This document shows positions 43,373 to 51,893 of a stretch of DNA of 64,000 nt, piece by piece. The notes beneath the pieces were generated by a model. That model saw only the letters and a program-made list of their open reading frames with translations. It did no database searches and was not told the DNA's origin. This DNA is from a virus. Location: positions 23,463 through 87,462 of IMG/VR virus record IMGVR_UViG_3300028563_000014. One strand, written 5' to 3'. The translations under genes and the position numbers were made by a program. How positions within the stretch are numbered: position 1 is the first letter of the stretch; each line of letters starts with the position of its first letter.

Positions 43373-44139
43373 GCCGCACCTCGCAGAGGCTTCAGCTTCC
43401 GCACCTGCTCGAAGCGCGAGATCAGCCGCTCCAGCGCCTCTGAGTTGGAGCCCACCTTCTCTCGGCGCATCACGCGCGACAGGCGCCCCAGGATCGCCTC
43501 CGTCTCCGCCGCCGGGAAGTAGACCACGATCTGCTTCACCGCCCCGGCGTTGTACCCCTCGGCCAGACCAGCGGGCGTCTTCCCGCGCGCCGCCGTGCTG
43601 GCGTCGAAGTCGGACAGGTACCGGCCGATGGCCTTCTCGGACCAGCCGATCGCTGCCAGCTCTCCCTTGTCGGCGCGCTGGGACAGGCGCTCGAGCATCG
43701 GCACCAGCAGTTCCGGATCCCACCCGCCCTTCTCCACCCAGCGGTTGACCGCGATCAGGTACTCCTCCGCGGCCTGCTCACTGGGGAAGGTGATGCCCTT
43801 CAGCACCGGGATCATCCACTCGCCATCGGGGGCGAGCTTCACGAACCGCGGGACCTCCTTCGGGTCCTCCGTGTAGAGCTGGCGCGCCGCCGCCAGGCGC
43901 CCGTGGCCGGCGGCGATGCGGCCGGACTCGGCGTTCTCCACGAGGGGGGCGACGAAACCGTAGCGCCGGATGGAGGCCGCGATCCCCTCCTCGTCGTGCT
44001 CCTTCGGGTTGCGCAGCGCCGTCCGGATCTCCGACAGCCTGACGTGCTCGACCCAGGAGCCGTCGCCCGCCGAGGGACTAGTTAGTACCGGCTCGCCGGC
44101 GGGGCTACTCGGCTTCTTCTTAGTCGCGGTCTTTGCCAT
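43369..44139 (-). CDS. ParB/Srx-like N-terminal domain protein (paralog 1)
   Basis: 'NPKEHD...IAASIRRYGFVAP...IAAGHGRLAAA...YLIAVNR'; TGG-TACCGT -10 upstream. Confidence 0.8.
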   Translation of the reverse strand: MAKTATKKKPSSPAGEPVLTSPSAGDGSWVEHVRLSEIRTALRNPKEHDEEGIAASIRRYGFVAPLVENAESGRIAAGHGRLAAARQLYTEDPKEVPRFVKLAPDGEWMIPVLKGITFPSEQAAEEYLIAVNRWVEKGGWDPELLVPMLERLSQRADKGELAAIGWSEKAIGRYLSDFDASTAARGKTPAGLAEGYNAGAVKQIVVYFPAAETEAILGRLSRVMRREKVGSNSEALERLISRFEQVRKLKPLRGAA

Positions 44140-44165
44140 GAACGATTACGGTACCACCGAACCCA

Positions 44166-46901
44166 TCACGGCCCGAACGTCCCGAACAGATCCGCCGGGT
44201 GCGGGTTTCCCGCCCCCACCGCCCCGACGTCCGTATTGCGGGCCCCTACGTCGTCCGCCGGGTCGCCGCTGTCGATGACCGGGCTTCCAGCGGTCGGCGT
44301 GTACATCGCGCGATAGGCGGCGAGCACCTGGGCTACCGTCGTGCAACGGGACCAGATCGCTCCGTCGGCGTAGGCGAACGGGACCTGCCGCGCCTGGGCG
44401 AACTGCGGGTCTGTGCTGGCGCCGCCGCCGATGTCGTGGGCACCGAGGCCAGTGTCCGCGTAGGGCGTGAGCAGCGTGGTGTCGGGGTTCCAGAAGCCGT
44501 TGTAGTCGGCGCTGGCCACGGACCCGGGACCGAAGACAGCCACGGGGTTCCAGAAGTCGAAACCGACGAACAGGTTGTTCCTCGCGCTCGTCAACTGCCA
44601 ACCGTTCCCCGGCGCGAACGGCGAGTAGTGCCAGCCCAGCAGCGCGCCCCCGGCGTCGACCGTGTTGTTGTAGAACGACCCGGTCGACAGCGTGATGCCG
44701 CCGCTCGGGTAATACGGCGAAGCGAACCCAACGTTCGCCAGCACATTGTGGTGAACGGATGCGTTCTGCGCGCCGCGGAGGAACGCCTCGCTGAGGCCGT
44801 CGACCATCAGGTTGAAGCGCGCCTCGCCGGCCAAGTCCTGGATCATCCAAGATCCGCCGCGCAGCAGGTTGTGCTCCAGCAGCGACGGCGCCTGCGAGAA
44901 AGTGTTGACAAAATCGACCACGTGCCCCTGCGACCAACCGTAGGGGTAGCGGTGATAGACGACGTTCCCGCTGATGACGTCGCTGCTGCTGTCGTCGAAC
45001 TCCAAGCCGGCTCGGACGCCGATGAGGACGTTTCCTGCCGCGCTCGTCGATCCACCAACGAGCCAGCCGCTGGTGGCGTCGAACCGCACGAAGCTGACGC
45101 CCACGTTGTTGCCGCTGAAGGTCTTGGCTCCGGTCGAGTTGCCCGAGAGCGTGAGGCTCGGGTGGCTGCCGTCGTAGTCGGGCGTGGCGTTGACGGTCGT
45201 CAGGATGTTCGCCGCCAACGTGTTGCCGCTGAAGGTGATCGGAGCGGAACCCTCGGCGCCCAGCGCCAGCGGGCCGGTGCGGTCGAACACCGATCCGCTG
45301 ACCTCCAGCGGGGCGGTGCCGACGACGTCCACGGCGATGCTGGACACGTCCATCGAACCGAGCCCGATCACGTCGACATTGCGCAGGATGAGGTGCCCCG
45401 TCCACCCCGTGGCGCTCCGAATGCGCGAGCCGTTGCTGCTCGTGAGTAGCGCCCGTGCACCTGGCGATCCGATGAACTCGAAGTCGGTCGACCCGGACAA
45501 AACGAGGTCGCTGGCCAGATCCATGTTGGGGCCCGCGTGCGGGCCGACATCAACGACCGTGATCGGCACGTACTGGCTCTCGACGGTGCCGCTGGCCATC
45601 CGGCTGCGCGCGTAGACGTCGTACGTTCCCGCGGCCACGCCCGTCACGTCCACCTGGTAGTAGTCGTAGGGGCTGCTCGTGGTCGCGTGCACGCTGCTGA
45701 CCAGCGTCGACCCAAGGTAGATGTCCACGTCGGGCGAGTAGTTGTTCACGCCATCGCTTCCGTAGTCGGGGGCGTGCGCCCAAATCCTGATGGTCGCCGG
45801 GGCGAAATAGGTCATGCCGGCCACGGGGGTCATCACTCTGACGTAGGGGACGGCCGCGGTGAAGTACGGCTCGACCGGCCACGATGTGCAGGCCACGCCG
45901 CCCGTTCCAGCTGATCCACCGACGCCTCCCGCGCCGCCAGTACCAGCAGATCCGCCAGCGCCAGCCGATCCGCCCGTTCCCATCGAACCGCCGGTCGACC
46001 CGCAGGTGACCACTCCTCCGGTGCCCACGCCAGCGACGCCCGCGGTCCCGCCGCCTACAGACCCACCCGCCGAGCCGCCCGCCGCACCGCCGACTGACCC
46101 ACCGGCTCCTACGACGGAGCCGCCCGCGCTTCCTCCGACGCTCCCAGCCGCGCCACCGGCACCGCCGCCACCGGCGACGAGCGGCGTGCTCGCGTCCGTC
46201 TGCAGCTCGGCCAACGCTAACGCCCGCTTGTAGATGCGCAGGTCGTCGACCCGCCCGTGGAAGAAATCGCCGAACACGGCGTTGCCTCCGATCGTCAGCG
46301 CGTCGTTGGTCTGGACGATCGAGATCGCCGATGCCTTGCTGCCCACCTGCGATACCGTGCCCGCGGTCGCCTCGAAGAGCCTGAGGGTGGCGTGGTCGTA
46401 GGTCATCGCGACGTAGGTCCACTGGCCCGCGGCGGGCATGGTGCCGGCCGCCAGGTCGACGTCGGAGGCGGACGCGATCCGGGCGAGCGGCTGGGTCGAG
46501 TTCCACCCGTAGAGGCCATAGGCCAGCGCGCTCGGGCGCCCCTTGGAGACCACGTCCTGCCACGATCCGCCGGTGCCGTCCGGGGCGATCCAAGCTGAGA
46601 TCGTCAGGCCCGTCGAGAGGTCCAGCGGGCTGCCGGTCCCGGGATCTGCCACGGTGATCAGGCCGGCGCCGTCGAAGGCCAGCGCGCCGCCGTACTTGCC
46701 AGTGGCCCACGTCTGGTGCGCGGTGACGACGCCGTCGAGGTGGTTCGTGGTCACATCGTGGAGGGCCGAGCCGGCCCCCTCGTCGAAGTTGTAGCCGGCG
46801 ACCAACGCGGCATCGAGCGCGCTACGAGCAGACTGAAGAGTGTCGCCCGACCTGCACGACGCGATCACGAGGCACCCCAAGAGGACGACGATACGTTTCA
46901 T
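44166..46901 (-). CDS. Large lipoprotein: LamG domain, Gly-rich linker, Ig-like domain, beta-helix
   Basis: ATGA-coupled start MKRIVVLLGCLVIASC (lipobox). 'YNFDEGAG...FHGRVDDLRIYKRAL' LamG. GTGGSAGAGG linker. C-terminal 'GSPVIDSGDP...DVGAV'. Confidence 0.8.
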   Translation of the reverse strand: MKRIVVLLGCLVIASCRSGDTLQSARSALDAALVAGYNFDEGAGSALHDVTTNHLDGVVTAHQTWATGKYGGALAFDGAGLITVADPGTGSPLDLSTGLTISAWIAPDGTGGSWQDVVSKGRPSALAYGLYGWNSTQPLARIASASDVDLAAGTMPAAGQWTYVAMTYDHATLRLFEATAGTVSQVGSKASAISIVQTNDALTIGGNAVFGDFFHGRVDDLRIYKRALALAELQTDASTPLVAGGGGAGGAAGSVGGSAGGSVVGAGGSVGGAAGGSAGGSVGGGTAGVAGVGTGGVVTCGSTGGSMGTGGSAGAGGSAGTGGAGGVGGSAGTGGVACTSWPVEPYFTAAVPYVRVMTPVAGMTYFAPATIRIWAHAPDYGSDGVNNYSPDVDIYLGSTLVSSVHATTSSPYDYYQVDVTGVAAGTYDVYARSRMASGTVESQYVPITVVDVGPHAGPNMDLASDLVLSGSTDFEFIGSPGARALLTSSNGSRIRSATGWTGHLILRNVDVIGLGSMDVSSIAVDVVGTAPLEVSGSVFDRTGPLALGAEGSAPITFSGNTLAANILTTVNATPDYDGSHPSLTLSGNSTGAKTFSGNNVGVSFVRFDATSGWLVGGSTSAAGNVLIGVRAGLEFDDSSSDVISGNVVYHRYPYGWSQGHVVDFVNTFSQAPSLLEHNLLRGGSWMIQDLAGEARFNLMVDGLSEAFLRGAQNASVHHNVLANVGFASPYYPSGGITLSTGSFYNNTVDAGGALLGWHYSPFAPGNGWQLTSARNNLFVGFDFWNPVAVFGPGSVASADYNGFWNPDTTLLTPYADTGLGAHDIGGGASTDPQFAQARQVPFAYADGAIWSRCTTVAQVLAAYRAMYTPTAGSPVIDSGDPADDVGARNTDVGAVGAGNPHPADLFGTFGP

Positions 46902-47437
46902 TGACGGATTCCCTTCTGGTTCGTTGTGTACTGAGCGGGCAGGATCTTCTTCGTTGCTGGCGGCGGCGTCCACTGCGGCAGCGGGATGGCCATCTCCGGG
47001 AACGTCGCGCGGTAGGTCGCCAGGTCGCAAGCCCCGACGAACGTCCGTGGCTTCCACCCTCGGTCGGCCAGGCGCTTGGTGACACCCAGCTTCCGCGAGG
47101 CGATCGTCGCGATGCCCCGGTCGACCTGCACCACCCAGGCGCACGGGTCGTCCAGGATGACTGGGCGCTTCACCTCGACGTCGCCCGCCACCATGTCGAA
47201 CACCGCTTCGCACTCCAGCGGCCGGGTCGACGACGCGCAGCCGTCGCGGTTCCCCGACGCGATTGCCATGGCTTCGGCCAGCTCATCGTGCGCGTCGATG
47301 CAGGCGCGGTCGTTCGCCGCGCACTCCGGCACGTCAGGGTCCGGGAGCGCCGGCCCGTAGACCGGGCGCGGGTCAGGGCGGAAGTAGGGCAGCGGGTCGA
47401 CGGCGAGGACCCCCAACAGGACAGCGAGCAGCGTCAT
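46898..47437 (-). CDS. Hypothetical exported Cys-containing protein
   Basis: Hydrophobic N-terminus; coupled to both neighbours. Confidence 0.5.
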   Translation of the reverse strand: MTLLAVLLGVLAVDPLPYFRPDPRPVYGPALPDPDVPECAANDRACIDAHDELAEAMAIASGNRDGCASSTRPLECEAVFDMVAGDVEVKRPVILDDPCAWVVQVDRGIATIASRKLGVTKRLADRGWKPRTFVGACDLATYRATFPEMAIPLPQWTPPPATKKILPAQYTTNQKGIRQ

Positions 47438-47961
47438 GGTGTTCCTTTCTCTTCTGGCATCCTTCGCGTCGACCCGAACGGGACCGTCGCGTTGAAGACC
47501 CGTGGCTCCATCGCCGCGTACCGCTCTCGGTCACTGGCATATGCCCTGTCGACCAGTCGCTGGTCGGCCTCCGAGATCATGCGTCCCTGCTTCGTCTGGC
47601 AACGCAGATAGAACACCAGCCCCCACTCTCGCTCGGTCAACGCCGATGGCTCCTCCGGAGCGACGTCGATCGGGATTTCGACCTCCTTGCATCTACGGAC
47701 GTTGTGGGTCGTGCTGCCGCAGCGGGAGCAGGTTCTTCTGGTCGTCCTGGTCATCGCTCGTCGGTTCAAGAGACCGGTGTCCATGATGCCGTGGATATCC
47801 GTCACCACCCGTACTCGCTTGATGCCACGCGAGATGTGCTCAGCGTCGAGAGCTCCCGACATCCCCAGCACCGCCTTCTGCACGTACTCGGCAAGAACGA
47901 CATGTTCATCTTCCGACAGTCGGTCGACCCAGATCTCCACGGCGCAAATGAACTTGCTCAA
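47434..47961 (-). CDS. Hypothetical protein with zinc knuckle (CSRCGSTTHNVRRC)
   Basis: CCHC motif; coupled start and stop. Confidence 0.55.
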   Translation of the reverse strand: MSKFICAVEIWVDRLSEDEHVVLAEYVQKAVLGMSGALDAEHISRGIKRVRVVTDIHGIMDTGLLNRRAMTRTTRRTCSRCGSTTHNVRRCKEVEIPIDVAPEEPSALTEREWGLVFYLRCQTKQGRMISEADQRLVDRAYASDRERYAAMEPRVFNATVPFGSTRRMPEEKGTP

Positions 47962-48485
47962 AATGGCACGTCGTCGTTGTCATCGATTCCGCCAGACCGA
48001 GCGTCAGTGCCGACGTTCGGCTTCTCCTCCTCGTCGCGCGCCGCCGCGCCAGACCCGCGCCAGCCCTTCATCTTCGCGAGCCATGGGAATACGTGGAGCT
48101 CGCCGCGGTCGCCGTCCCCCTGGACCGGGCTGTCCTTGTGGATCCCCTTCGTCGGGCACCACTCCTCGGACCCGCTGGGCAGCCGGATCTTCAGGGCCTT
48201 CGCGCTCTCCTTCAGGCACACCACGTCGGCCAGGACGACTACGTCCGGCGGTGCATCGTCCTCCTCGGCCCACTGGTCGACGATCCACTGGCTGACCTCT
48301 AGGTCGAACGGCACGCCCTCGTCCGGGAACTCGAAGTCCGCCGGCACCTGGGAGCGCGGGACGAACCGCTCCGTCCCGTCAGCAAAGCGGCAGAGCATCG
48401 ACCGCTCCTGCTTCTCCGGCGGGCGCCGGTCGATCACCTGCACGTTCTCGAACTCGACCGTAGGGTCTCCGTCTTTCAGCGGCAT
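47958..48485 (-). CDS. Tandem-domain protein with SSB-like acidic tail (DDNDDVPF)
   Basis: Two similar ~60-aa beta domains; C-terminus mimics the SSB-Ct motif DDDIPF. Confidence 0.55.
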   Translation of the reverse strand: MPLKDGDPTVEFENVQVIDRRPPEKQERSMLCRFADGTERFVPRSQVPADFEFPDEGVPFDLEVSQWIVDQWAEEDDAPPDVVVLADVVCLKESAKALKIRLPSGSEEWCPTKGIHKDSPVQGDGDRGELHVFPWLAKMKGWRGSGAAARDEEEKPNVGTDARSGGIDDNDDVPF

Positions 48486-48522
48486 CGCGTTTTTCCCTTC
48501 ACGAGGATCATTGTCCGACGAG

Positions 48523-48789
48523 TCACCGGCTGCCCACTATCTGCCCGACCCACGCGCTGCGGCCGCCCGTCTTGCACCCGGGGCACGGGTGCTCGACCAC
48601 GAACAGACTGCGCAGGTCGTTCGTCCTCCTAGGCGGGTCGACCGCACCGCAGAACGCGACCCGCGCCTCGCCCGCCCGGTGCGCCGGCAGGATGCGCGGT
48701 ACCCAGTGCATCGGCTCCGGCGGCGGGGCCGGCGGCGCCTGGCGCGGCTTTCCGCGGAACAGGCGCGCCAGGAAGGACGGGAGCTTCAC
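48523..48789 (-). CDS. Small Cys-containing protein (MKLPSFLARLFR...)
   Basis: GTG overlaps the upstream stop. Confidence 0.5.
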   Translation of the reverse strand: MKLPSFLARLFRGKPRQAPPAPPPEPMHWVPRILPAHRAGEARVAFCGAVDPPRRTNDLRSLFVVEHPCPGCKTGGRSAWVGQIVGSR

Positions 48790-49070
48790 TGATCCGCCCT
48801 CCCCTCTTCCGCCGCGCGGCACGTCCTGCAGTGCAGGCGGCAATACTCCTTATGCCCGGGCGCGGTCCCTGCGGACAACGGGCACCCGGCCTCGGAGCAC
48901 GCTCCGCCCTCCCGGCCTTCTAATATCCTGGATCCGCACGTGCACGGCGGTAACGACGTGATGTCTCGCCGGCCGCACCTGCGGCAGAGCCAGTAATCGT
49001 GGTCTGCGTTGATTCCGTCGCCCGTCATACGACGCCGGAAGAAGCGCGCCAGGAAGCCTGGGAGCTTCAC
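48786..49070 (-). CDS. Small Cys-rich protein (MKLPGFLARFFR...)
   Basis: GTG overlaps the methylase stop. Confidence 0.5.
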   Translation of the reverse strand: MKLPGFLARFFRRRMTGDGINADHDYWLCRRCGRRDITSLPPCTCGSRILEGREGGACSEAGCPLSAGTAPGHKEYCRLHCRTCRAAEEGRADQ

Positions 49071-49549
49071 TCGGGCCTCTTCCAGTCCAGCCAGCGCCAG
49101 GGCTCGAGGCCCGAATACCCCTCGGGCGTGAACAGGGACAGCATCAGGTCCTTCGGGTACGGGTCCTTCTCGCCCGCGAACGTCAGGCGCGGCGCGATCC
49201 CGAAGACGTACGCCTTGCCGTGCACGTGCTCCCGGTACCAGGCGGAGCCGATGCTGGCCGGGGTGAGCATCGCGATCTTGGCGCCGCGCGCGCTCTCCTC
49301 CGCGCATTTCTTCGCCCAAGGGGCGATGTCGGCGAACGGAGGGTTCAGCCAGAGCAGCCTCCCGCCTCTCCAGTGCAGCGCCCACGGATACGAGAGCGCA
49401 TCGTCCTTCTCGGTGTAATAGCTGGCGTGGACGGCGTTCTCGTGGCTCGCGGCGAGGTCATGGACGATCTCTCCGAACCGCCGTTGCACCGCGTCCAGGA
49501 ACGGCCTCGGCGTCCCGTAGTCTTGTCGACTTTGCCCCCGCTTGCTCAT
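49067..49549 (-). CDS. Phage DNA N6-adenine methyltransferase (Dam-like family)
   Basis: 'DYGTPRPF...DLAASHENA...YYT..DDAL...WLNPPF...WAKK' with catalytic NPPF. Confidence 0.85.
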   Translation of the reverse strand: MSKRGQSRQDYGTPRPFLDAVQRRFGEIVHDLAASHENAVHASYYTEKDDALSYPWALHWRGGRLLWLNPPFADIAPWAKKCAEESARGAKIAMLTPASIGSAWYREHVHGKAYVFGIAPRLTFAGEKDPYPKDLMLSLFTPEGYSGLEPWRWLDWKRPE

Positions 49550-50181
49550 GCGTCTACCTCCAGCGAGGCTAGGATCCGGTCGCGCGCCACGTTCAGTTCC
49601 TTCAGCTTTTCCTCCGCCGCCTTCTTCGCGGCGTCGCAACTCGCCTGGTCCGGGTGCCCGTAGAACATCACCAGCGCCCGGTGCGCCGCCTTCACCAACG
49701 CGGCCGGCGCGGACGGGAGCAGGTGCAGCGCGCGCCAGTCCTCCGGCTGGACGGCGTTCCCGCGGCGCGGAGGAGGCGGGGGCGCCTGACGTTTTTGGCG
49801 CACGTAGCTGTCGGCGAAGTCGGCGAATCCGTGGAAGCGAGGACCAGGAGGCGGATCGTTGAACGGGCCGCGACTTGCCCCCCCGAACGGGTCCTCGTCG
49901 TCGACGCCGGACTTCTTCTGCTCGGCGACCACCCGCTTGCCGAGAAGCGGGTCGCGCATCAGCTCCCACCCGTGCAGCTCCGCCCCCTCACCCAGCAACG
50001 TGTGAAACGCCTCCCAGACAGAATCTCTTACGAACCAGACGCAGAGGCCCGGCCACCACATACGGCTCTTCGCCGGCACCGCCTTGAACATCGCGACTAG
50101 CCGCTGGTCGAACCGGAAGGCGTAGGCCGTCCACTTCTCCCCGTCATTCAGCTTCACCCGCGACCACCGGATCGTCATCAC
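49546..50181 (-). CDS. J-domain protein (C-terminal, HPD motif) with HARP-like N-terminus
   Basis: 'WRALHL.PSA....VKAAHRAL...HPD...EEKLKELNVA'; N-terminal 'FRFDQRLVAMFKAVP...W.....W'. Confidence 0.75.
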   Translation of the reverse strand: MMTIRWSRVKLNDGEKWTAYAFRFDQRLVAMFKAVPAKSRMWWPGLCVWFVRDSVWEAFHTLLGEGAELHGWELMRDPLLGKRVVAEQKKSGVDDEDPFGGASRGPFNDPPPGPRFHGFADFADSYVRQKRQAPPPPPRRGNAVQPEDWRALHLLPSAPAALVKAAHRALVMFYGHPDQASCDAAKKAAEEKLKELNVARDRILASLEVDA

Positions 50182-50834
50182 GGCCTAGTGACCTCCGCCC
50201 GCGGCGTGATTCCCCATCGCGCGCGCCGGAAGTCGTCCTCCTGTTTCGCCAGCTCGGCATCGGACGCCAACTCGAGCGGCGGCCCCTCTGCAGGCTGCCA
50301 GTCGCCGCGCTCGTAGCGCAGGAAGAACGTCGCCGCCTGGAACGCGTCGCGCGCCAAGACGACCTGGCGGAACGTCTTCACGTCGTAGATCTTCCAGGCC
50401 GCATCAGCCGAGGGCGGCGCCGCCACGACGCAGACGCGGAGCCCCAGCACCGCGCCGACCCGCATGAGCGTCCGGCAGACCAGCTCGACGAACTCGAACC
50501 CGGTGCCCGCCTGGTCCCACCGCGGGTGCAGGTGGTGCCCGCGCCGGTCGACCACGTTCAAGTGCGGCCGGCTCCACGAGTCGTACCAGCGCCCGTCATC
50601 GATGGCCAGCAGGAACCCGTCCTCGAACCCACTCCGCCGCTGCGGATTCCAGGCAGCGTCAGCCAGGACGAACCGAGCTGCGCGCCGGGCGATCCCGCGC
50701 AGCGTCCGACACCGCTCGGCGCCCCAGCGCGCGAGCGCCGCGGGCGCGTCCTCCAAGTACTCGCGTCCCTCCTCCGCGCCCAGCTCCTTCCCGTTCTCGC
50801 GGTCGAAGCGCGGGTCGATGCGGCCCCGGCTCAC
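50178..50834 (-). CDS. Hypothetical protein
   Basis: Coupled start and stop. Confidence 0.5.
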   Translation of the reverse strand: MSRGRIDPRFDRENGKELGAEEGREYLEDAPAALARWGAERCRTLRGIARRAARFVLADAAWNPQRRSGFEDGFLLAIDDGRWYDSWSRPHLNVVDRRGHHLHPRWDQAGTGFEFVELVCRTLMRVGAVLGLRVCVVAAPPSADAAWKIYDVKTFRQVVLARDAFQAATFFLRYERGDWQPAEGPPLELASDAELAKQEDDFRRARWGITPRAEVTRP

Positions 50835-51076
50835 GGGGAGACCTCGCCCTCGGTTTCAACCCGGTTCCGGCTGCGGAGCCCGTCCTCTAGCACGCCCAGG
50901 ACGCGCACCTGCTCCTTGTGCCCGGCGCCGTACGCGGCCAGCTGGCCCAGCAGCCACTCCTTGCAGCCGGCCGGCCAGCCGCCGGCACCGAACTTGAACT
51001 CCTTGTGTCCGCCGACGGTCAGGTTCCAGCTCGTCTTCCCGCCCGGGGACTTCTCGACGATGACCGGAATCTTCAC
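50831..51076 (-). CDS. Hypothetical protein
   Basis: Coupled start and stop. Confidence 0.5.
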   Translation of the reverse strand: MKIPVIVEKSPGGKTSWNLTVGGHKEFKFGAGGWPAGCKEWLLGQLAAYGAGHKEQVRVLGVLEDGLRSRNRVETEGEVSP

Positions 51077-51399
51077 CGGTCCACCGCCACGCGCACGGCC
51101 AAGTGAAACAGGCCCGGGTGGGCGAAGTCGCCCGCGTCGCAGTCGCTGGCGGGCTTCCCGGTCACGTCGAGACGCGCGTCCACCAGCTTGCCGATCACGA
51201 AGCCCGGACCGTCGTTGGCGTCCTCCGGGCGGTTCACCCGAACGTGGACCCAGTATTGCCCGTCCGTCGTCCGGACCACGTCCACGTCGCCCCCGGGGAA
51301 CGCCACCCGGAAGCTCTCCGGCTCCGGGTTGCGCTTGTCGCCGCAGAGCCGCACGCCCTGGACCTTCGAGCCGAAGTCCTGGACCACCAGACGCTTCAC
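51073..51399 (-). CDS. Hypothetical protein
   Basis: GTG start at VKRLVVQ; coupled to the downstream gene. Confidence 0.5.
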   Translation of the reverse strand: MKRLVVQDFGSKVQGVRLCGDKRNPEPESFRVAFPGGDVDVVRTTDGQYWVHVRVNRPEDANDGPGFVIGKLVDARLDVTGKPASDCDAGDFAHPGLFHLAVRVAVDR

Positions 51400-51893
51400 G
51401 AGAACACCGCCACCAGGAGCCCGAGAGCGCGAGCCCCCAGATCGCCGAGCTCCTCCACCAAGCCGAGCGCGAGCACCGCGCCGGCTACGATCGCCAGTTT
51501 TTTCATGTCCCTTCCTACCTTTCGAGAGCGTGTCCACCGCTCCAGCCGAACCCGGGGCACCGCCTTGATGGAATCCCCGGGGCCGGCTGCAACGCTAGGA
51601 TCCTTGCCAGCTCCTACGGGGCGTTACCCCCTTGGGCGCCTTGCGGCTCCCGCTGTGGACCGCCCGGGGGGGAAAGGACAGACCTCTCGCCGGACGTGCA
51701 AGACCGAAACTCAGGGATGCCGGCGCGCCGGTCGGCCGCCGCCTGCGCCGCCTCTAAGTCCTCCAGGACGGCGTGGACCCATGACGGGAGCGGCTCGCCG
51801 TCCATTACCCCACCTCCGTTTCTGCCAGCAATCGCTTGAGGCGGGCGGCGACGTCCAGTCCCTCCGGCCAGGCGCGGACAGCGCAGGGGGCCA

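Noticed and set aside
45880-46180. Low-complexity GC repeat region
   Set aside because: Encodes the Gly/Ser/Ala linker of the lipoprotein; not a separate element.
46902-47213. ORF-track N-terminal extensions (e.g. 44166-47213, 41099-42532, 49067-49969, 5648-6679, 24517-25425)
   Set aside because: They overlap upstream genes in another frame; coupled starts at 46901, 41881, 49549, 6337 and 25020 fit the domain boundaries better.
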